Shown here in pieces: positions 27,519 through 32,000 of a DNA stretch of 32,000 bases. The stretch is from an uncultured Opitutales bacterium (GTDB lineage: Bacteria > Verrucomicrobiota > Verrucomicrobiia > Opitutales > Intestinicryptomonadaceae). The first letter of the stretch is position 1. The number at the start of each line of letters is the position of its first letter. The translations under genes were made by a program, and so were the position numbers. Where the stretch lies: contig CAKUIA010000017.1 of the NCBI GenBank assembly GCA_934660865.1, forward strand, positions 30,001 through 62,000. The letters are read 5' to 3'. The notes under the pieces were generated by a model. That model saw nothing but the letters and a program-made list of their open reading frames with translations, was not told the origin of the DNA and did not search any database.

Positions 27519-27901
27519 AAAAATACAAAGTATATTGGAAAGGCCGCATTGTGGGCGAATACGGCCGCGCCGAAATTTTGGCTGCGCTAAACTACGGCAA
27601 GCTAGGCATGCTGCATTCGGTAGACTTGGGCAACGGCGAAATTGTGCCCATGCAAAGCTTTGTGGATTTGCAGCAAATTGCCGACAGCAAACCGCAAACT
27701 TCGCCTGCAGCGGTTTTGGCCGCCTATTTCCTTAGCGGATTGTGTTTTTTGGGCTGGCCGTTTTTGGCGGTTTTTGCGCCATACTGTTATTGGATATACC
27801 GCAAAGGGCAAAAAAAGGCGGCAGCCTACACTTTGGTTTTGTCGTTGGCGTTTTCGGTATTGGGCGCGCTTTTCTTTTATATAATGGGTAAACTCGGCTA
27901 A
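27515..27901 (+). CDS. Small membrane protein: GYF_2-like N-terminal domain plus two TM helices
   Basis: 128 aa. Its ATG overlaps the upstream stop (ATGA). 'YKVYWKGRIVGEYGRAEILAALNYGKLGMLHSVDLGNGEIVPMQSFVDL' follows the GYF_2/DUF4339-like pattern (aromatic...G-x-(Y/P)...E-I/L...G-x-L...V...G-x-x-W/V-x-P...F-x-x-L). Two hydrophobic helices follow. Confidence 0.5.
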   Translation: MKKYKVYWKGRIVGEYGRAEILAALNYGKLGMLHSVDLGNGEIVPMQSFVDLQQIADSKPQTSPAAVLAAYFLSGLCFLGWPFLAVFAPYCYWIYRKGQKKAAAYTLVLSLAFSVLGALFFYIMGKLG

Positions 27902-28005
27902 AAAAATTCCGTTTAAACTCATATTATGCTTGCAAAGGCAACCGTTTTATAAAAAATCTTTCAACACATATCAAATATAACTTACTAAACAATTTTAAAA
28001 AGATT

Positions 28006-28569
28006 ATGAAAAAACTATACGCAGTTTCCTTAATGTTGGCGGCAATGTTTATGCTTTCGGCTTGCGAATCGTGGGACAACCCCTCGCCTTCCGATACTAA
28101 CGCAGCCATGGGTTCGGCCGACAAAAACGGCAACTTGCCCGACGGCTCGTACGGCGCCGACGCCGAAGGCCTTAAAGGTCGCGGCATTAACTCGCTAGAC
28201 GGTTTTGACCCCAACAACATCAATCCCGAAGATATCGTTTGCACGGTTTACTTCGGTTTCGACCAGTATGCAATTCCCGCCTCCGAAAGGGGCAAATTGA
28301 AGGAAGCGGCTCAATTCTATTCGGCCAACCCCAATGTTAAAACGGTTTTGGTAGGCCGCACCGACTGGTACGGCACCGAAGAATACAACCTTTTGCTTTC
28401 CGACAAAAGGGCTTCGGCTGTTAGCGAATATTTGGAAACAAACGGCGTAAACGCCGCCAATATGGAAAGACTTCCCGTAGGCGAAGCAAACGCAACCCCC
28501 GATGTCGATAAAAATTCGCCCCAGGCAAAGCAAGACCGCAGGGTTGAAATTGTAAAACTTACAAAATAA
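28006..28569 (+). CDS. pal: Peptidoglycan-associated lipoprotein, OmpA_C family (Pal-like)
   Basis: 187 aa. 'LAAMFMLSAC-ES' is a lipobox. OmpA_C blocks are 'VYFGFDQYAI', 'LVGRTDWYGTEEYNLLLSDKRASAV' and 'DRRVEIV'. No tol genes are adjacent, so the symbol is tentative. Confidence 0.75.
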   Translation: MKKLYAVSLMLAAMFMLSACESWDNPSPSDTNAAMGSADKNGNLPDGSYGADAEGLKGRGINSLDGFDPNNINPEDIVCTVYFGFDQYAIPASERGKLKEAAQFYSANPNVKTVLVGRTDWYGTEEYNLLLSDKRASAVSEYLETNGVNAANMERLPVGEANATPDVDKNSPQAKQDRRVEIVKLTK

Positions 28570-28590
28570 GCCCATAGCTAAATTTACCCA

Positions 28591-28621
28591 AAAAGCCGCG
28601 CCCATTGGTGCGGTTTTTTTG
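28591..28621 (+). terminator. Rho-independent terminator after pal-like gene
   Basis: The sequence is AAAAAGCCGCgcccattggtGCGGTTTTTTT. The hairpin is short, with one G-U pair, and is followed by a T7 run. It is followed by GTGCCCGTAAAAA; see the finding on the repeated module. Confidence 0.5.
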
Positions 28622-28720
28622 TGCCCGTAAAAATCGGGTTATTTGCATAAAATTTACTTTACTAAGCTTTATAATTTCTATAGCGTAAACCCTTACACGT
28701 TTACCAACAATATTAGTTAA

Positions 28721-30316
28721 ATGAATCTTAAAAAATTCTGTATATATACCGCGGCGCTTTGCTCGGCTTTGTCGGCATTTGCGCTGGAAAACCTAATTCC
28801 CGAAACCCCGCAAAAAAATTCCATGAACACCTGGTGCACATGGGGTTCGCAAAGCAATGTTATAGGCCGATATAAAGACCGCATAAAAAGAGGCAAAACC
28901 GTGCCCGACTATGCGAAAGACATTACAAAAGTTTCGCAGCGCGACGGCATTAACGAGGAAACCGTTTTCGGCGAAAACGGCTGGGCAAAAAATTGGGGCG
29001 GTATTAGGAAAGACTGCTACTTTATTTTGGACGACGGCTGGGACGTTGGCTATTACGAAAGACCCGCAGTAAACATTTCGGTTTTCGGCTCGCACATATT
29101 AAACGAAACAAGGTTTCCCTCGGTTAAGGGAATGTCGCCGCAGGAAAGGCTAAAATGGCTAAACGACAAGCTTGTTGCCAACGGCTGGCTTGGCGGCGCG
29201 CTGTGGATTAGCGCGCAAAAATTCGGCGAAAACTACGGGCGCAACAAAATTAGCCCCGAAAACCAAATCGAATTTTGGAAAGAACGCATTGCCTGGAGCA
29301 AATACGCAAATATAAGGTATTGGAAAGTAGACTGGGGAATACACTGTCTTGATGTCGGCTTTAGGAAAATGCTTACAAAGCTTGCCGCAAAAGAGTTCCC
29401 CGAACTGATTATAGAAAACGCGTATCCCGCACTGCCGGCAAACTTTATAAACAACATACAATTCAAAGACGGTAAGTATTTCGGCGACGGCAAATTTGCC
29501 AATACTCCGCGCAAAGAGCTGGACAAGCTCGACGAAATTTTGGAGTTTTCCACCCTGTTTAGAACCTACGACACCTACGGCAATTCGGTTACCTTAGACC
29601 GTTGTGTATACGAGCTAAATTTCGGCTACGAAGAACAGCTTAATTTGTTTTTAACCTGCGAAGACAACCCCAAAATTGGAGCCGGCCTTGCAAGCTTTTG
29701 CGGCGAAATGAGGGCTATAGACCACAGGCGCGCGCGCGAATTTACGGCCTTTATCCACTGGCAAAGGATAGCGCCCGCCTTGGCGGCAAAAGATTTGCCG
29801 ATTAAAGTTTCAAACGAAAGGCTTAGCGAATTTAAAAAAGTAAGGAATTTGCCCGACGCTTTCAAAAAACGCACCGACCAAAGTTTGCCGCCCATCGAAC
29901 AAAGCGCTCCCGCGGTTATCGTAAGGGGCAATATGGATTTGCCCGAAGTTAAAGTTGCCCAAAAAGACGCCTTGCAACCCTACGTTTTGGCCACAAAACA
30001 CACCAACGCAACCTTGTGCGTGTCTTTTGTAGAGCGCGACGAAAACCGCAATTACCAGACAGACACATTTGTAAACGAAAACTGCCTAAACCGCAAAATA
30101 GGAGTGTTCGGGCAATTCAATACGCTTACTTTTACGCTGCCCGACAATACAAAAAACGTAAAAGTTTTTGTGCAGGATTTAACCGAAAAAACGCCCAAAG
30201 AAATTAAAAACTTTTCGGTAAACTACAATAAGCTTACAATAGGTTTCAACGACTTGGGCTTCGAAAAGCTTGCAAAAAAATATCCGGCATTCGTGCTTTT
30301 TGTAAAAAAAGGATAG
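28721..30316 (+). CDS. Exported glycoside hydrolase, clan GH-D-like (alpha-galactosidase-type TIM barrel)
   Basis: 531 aa with signal peptide (IYTAALCSALSAFA-LE). 'NTWCTWGSQ', 'CYFILDDGWD', 'NETRFPS' and 'IRYWKVDWG' parallel the GH27/GH36 blocks (WNSW, DDGW, rFP, YLK-x-D). The specific family is not resolved. Confidence 0.5.
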   Translation: MNLKKFCIYTAALCSALSAFALENLIPETPQKNSMNTWCTWGSQSNVIGRYKDRIKRGKTVPDYAKDITKVSQRDGINEETVFGENGWAKNWGGIRKDCYFILDDGWDVGYYERPAVNISVFGSHILNETRFPSVKGMSPQERLKWLNDKLVANGWLGGALWISAQKFGENYGRNKISPENQIEFWKERIAWSKYANIRYWKVDWGIHCLDVGFRKMLTKLAAKEFPELIIENAYPALPANFINNIQFKDGKYFGDGKFANTPRKELDKLDEILEFSTLFRTYDTYGNSVTLDRCVYELNFGYEEQLNLFLTCEDNPKIGAGLASFCGEMRAIDHRRAREFTAFIHWQRIAPALAAKDLPIKVSNERLSEFKKVRNLPDAFKKRTDQSLPPIEQSAPAVIVRGNMDLPEVKVAQKDALQPYVLATKHTNATLCVSFVERDENRNYQTDTFVNENCLNRKIGVFGQFNTLTFTLPDNTKNVKVFVQDLTEKTPKEIKNFSVNYNKLTIGFNDLGFEKLAKKYPAFVLFVKKG

Positions 30317-30440
30317 TAAAAGCACGGGCAATCAAGGAACGAAAAGGTTTTTTTAGAGCGTTTTGTAGACAAAATTTATATTGACAAAACGGCTTAAAAA
30401 ACCTTTCATTCTTTGGTATATTCAAACTATAACACAGACT

Positions 30441-31199
30441 ATGAAAAAAGCTATAATATCAATCGTATCGTTGTTTGCGGCGTTCTCTTTTGCGAACGCA
30501 CAGCAGCAAGTTAACGTACAACCCGCACAACAGCAAGTTAGTGCTGCACAGCCCGCACAACAACAGGTTGCCCAAAAAGCAAAGCCCGAATTTACATCGG
30601 CTTTGGGTAAAAACTATGTAGGCTTCGGCCTCGGCGGCGGCAATCTCGACGCTGGCATGGGCGGCAATAGCGCAATGTTGGGCGTTGCATTGGAAGGCAA
30701 CATCAATGTATTCCTTTCCGACGACGAAAGCTTCGGTTTGGACGTAAACGTTCCCCTAAAATATAACTTCTACGGCGTAGACGCGGGCGACAACTACCAA
30801 ACATTCAACTTCCCGTTGAATTTCCGCCCCTTCTATAGATTTGTAGCGGCCGAAAACTTTGTAATTACCCCCTATGCCGACTGCGGCTTTGGCGGTATGT
30901 ACTCGCACTTCAACTCCAGAGATGTTGAACCCGACGGTATCAACCTTACCTGGAAATTGGGCGGCGGCGTAGAATTTTCGTTTGCCAAGAACTTCTCGTT
31001 CGCGGCAAAATATTCCTACAACGCAATAGGCGGCAACTACTTCATCTCGCACTACACAACAGTAGGCGGCGAATTTTCGTGGAAATTCTCGTTCCACATG
31101 GTTGCCTCCATCGAATACGGCCACGACTTCTACCCCACCCACTTCACAGGCATAGACGATGCCGACTGGGGTATGCTCAAGCTCCGCTACGAATTCTAA
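30441..31199 (+). CDS. Outer-membrane beta-barrel protein with a Gln-rich N-terminal linker
   Basis: From ATG 30441 the protein begins 'MKKAIISIVSLFAAFSFANA-QQ' (signal peptide). The body shows an alternating-hydrophobic beta-strand pattern and ends 'LKLRYEF' (C-terminal aromatic beta-signal). The TTG-initiated extension to 30381 in the ORF track would bury the signal peptide. Confidence 0.65.
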   Translation: MKKAIISIVSLFAAFSFANAQQQVNVQPAQQQVSAAQPAQQQVAQKAKPEFTSALGKNYVGFGLGGGNLDAGMGGNSAMLGVALEGNINVFLSDDESFGLDVNVPLKYNFYGVDAGDNYQTFNFPLNFRPFYRFVAAENFVITPYADCGFGGMYSHFNSRDVEPDGINLTWKLGGGVEFSFAKNFSFAAKYSYNAIGGNYFISHYTTVGGEFSWKFSFHMVASIEYGHDFYPTHFTGIDDADWGMLKLRYEF

Positions 31200-31220
31200 T
31201 TACAAAAAGAATTCACCACA

Positions 31221-31249
31221 AAAAAGCCGCCCTCCCGCGGCTTTTTTTT
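31221..31249 (+). terminator. Rho-independent terminator after OMP gene
   Basis: AAAAAGCCGC-cctccc-GCGGCTTTTTTTT: a GC-rich stem plus a T8 run, ~20 nt after the stop. Confidence 0.65.
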
Positions 31250-31669
31250 GTGCCCGATAAAAACCTCAACTTTGAAAAAGGCATTGCCCAAAAATTTGCT
31301 AACTCATTAAAGAGGTACTCAAGCGAAAAACATTCTTGATTTTGATTTTTTTTGTGCAAATTACAAAGCTTAGAGACATTCCCTAAATTTACAGCCAAAC
31401 ACAGCTACTACAGTAAGGTTGGTTGCCACCACGTTCCTTTCCTGTTTAATATCCAAGCCGAACAACCTAAAAATATATCTCTGTTTCGTATTCTTTGCCA
31501 CTGAATATCTCCACTGCTAGCATATTGCCAGATACATCTTTTTTGTTGTGAGAGTTTAATAAAGCTGCAGCTTCGCTTTTGGTTAAGAAAGTTCCCATTG
31601 TTCACGTCATACTATTGCAGTTCTCACTTTGGGAGCTTTCTTTATATATTGATATTTAAGGTATCCGTA

Positions 31670-32000
31670 TTTTCAATTCACGCGCTCGCGAGGAGCGCGA
31701 CGATACAGCCTATAGTTGGGACGACGCCGCCCAAATAGTTTCAATTCACGCGCTCGCGAGGAGCGCGACCTCAATTTGTTTAAAATCACTGTTTTTATCT
31801 TCGTTTCAATTCACGCGCTCGCGAGGAGCGCGACATATTCTTTTGCCTCATATTCTTTTGGAGCAAAAGTTTCAATTCACGCGCTCGCGAGGAGCGCGAC
31901 TAACGGTATTTATTCACTCTCTTTTCGCAAAAAGTTTCAATTCACGCGCTCGCGAGGAGCGCGACTTGGCAGAAAGTATATAGCCAAGGTTATGTATTTG
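31670..32000 (-). CRISPR. CRISPR array, type I-C-like repeat, trailer end (truncated by the window edge)
   Basis: Five 32-nt direct repeats lie at 31670-31701, 31738-31769, 31803-31834, 31869-31900 and 31934-31965. Spacers are 36, 33, 34 and 33 nt, plus >=35 nt of a fifth. The plus-strand repeat is GTTTCAATTCACGCGCTCGCGAGGAGCGCGAC. Its reverse complement, GTCGCGCTCCTCGCGAGCGCGTGAATTGAAAC, has the I-C form (GTCGCGC...7-bp stem/5-nt loop...ATTGAAAC). The repeat at 31670 has T instead of G at its first plus-strand base, which makes it a degenerate terminal repeat if the array is read on the minus strand. Confidence 0.9.

Noticed and set aside
30381-30422. TTGACA at 30381-30386 and TATATT at 30417-30422 as a sigma-70 promoter for the OMP gene.
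   Set aside because: The spacing between the hexamers is ~30 nt, far from the 16-18 nt optimum. This is probably a coincidence in AT-rich DNA.
31408-31605. Could the 65-aa minus-strand ORF next to the CRISPR array be cas2 or another cas gene?
   Set aside because: Repeat orientation puts this region downstream of the trailer end, not next to the leader. The sequence (W/Q/C/R-rich) shows no Cas2-like ferredoxin pattern, and a more protein-like frame overlaps it.
31702-32000. Self-targeting by CRISPR spacers against the GTPase operon, the AT-rich islet or elsewhere in the window.
   Set aside because: A scan by eye found no plausible protospacer for any of the five visible spacers. A real alignment against the full genome is needed before drawing a conclusion either way.

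Overview
The window looks like chromosomal DNA from a diderm (Gram-negative-type) bacterium. The evidence is a Pal-like OmpA lipoprotein, an outer-membrane beta-barrel protein and O-antigen-type glycan genes. I cannot assign a phylum from sequence alone; a Tat-signal TIM-barrel enzyme and the style of the ECF sigma/anti-sigma pair are only weakly suggestive of a PVC-type organism. Layout: (a) 272-5383 (+) and 7800-11639 (-) form a surface-polysaccharide locus in two convergent operons. It encodes a Wzy/WaaL-family protein, a GT10-like fucosyltransferase, a GT2 transferase, an SDR, an acyltransferase-3 protein, a Wzx flippase, a MenD-like TPP enzyme and an LMW tyrosine phosphatase. (b) 5384-7799 is a visibly AT-rich islet between those operons, with four small signal-peptide or TM proteins, one resembling an NTF2-fold immunity protein. 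(c) 11792-14339 holds two tandem paralogous PL22 (oligogalacturonate lyase)-like beta-propeller proteins. (d) 14405-18146 (-) is a housekeeping operon with overlapping start/stop codons: HAD hydrolase, RecD2 helicase, phosphatidylserine decarboxylase. (e) 18216-20429 holds a small lipoprotein, a Tat-exported TIM-barrel isomerase-like enzyme and a carbon-nitrogen hydrolase. (f) 20488-21557 (-) is an ECF sigma/anti-sigma pair, divergent from (g). (g) 21714-27901 (+) is the most interesting part: a tightly packed four-gene operon with no assignable pathway. It encodes a Zn-ribbon TRAFAC-type GTPase, a GAP1-like bitopic membrane protein, a 915-aa bitopic all-helical protein and a small GYF-like/2-TM protein. 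(h) 28006-31199 holds Pal-like, clan GH-D-like glycosidase and OMP beta-barrel genes. (i) 31670-32000 is the trailer end of a type I-C-like CRISPR array, transcribed on the minus strand and truncated by the window edge; no cas genes are visible. All functional calls come from motifs read by eye in the supplied translations. No database search was run.
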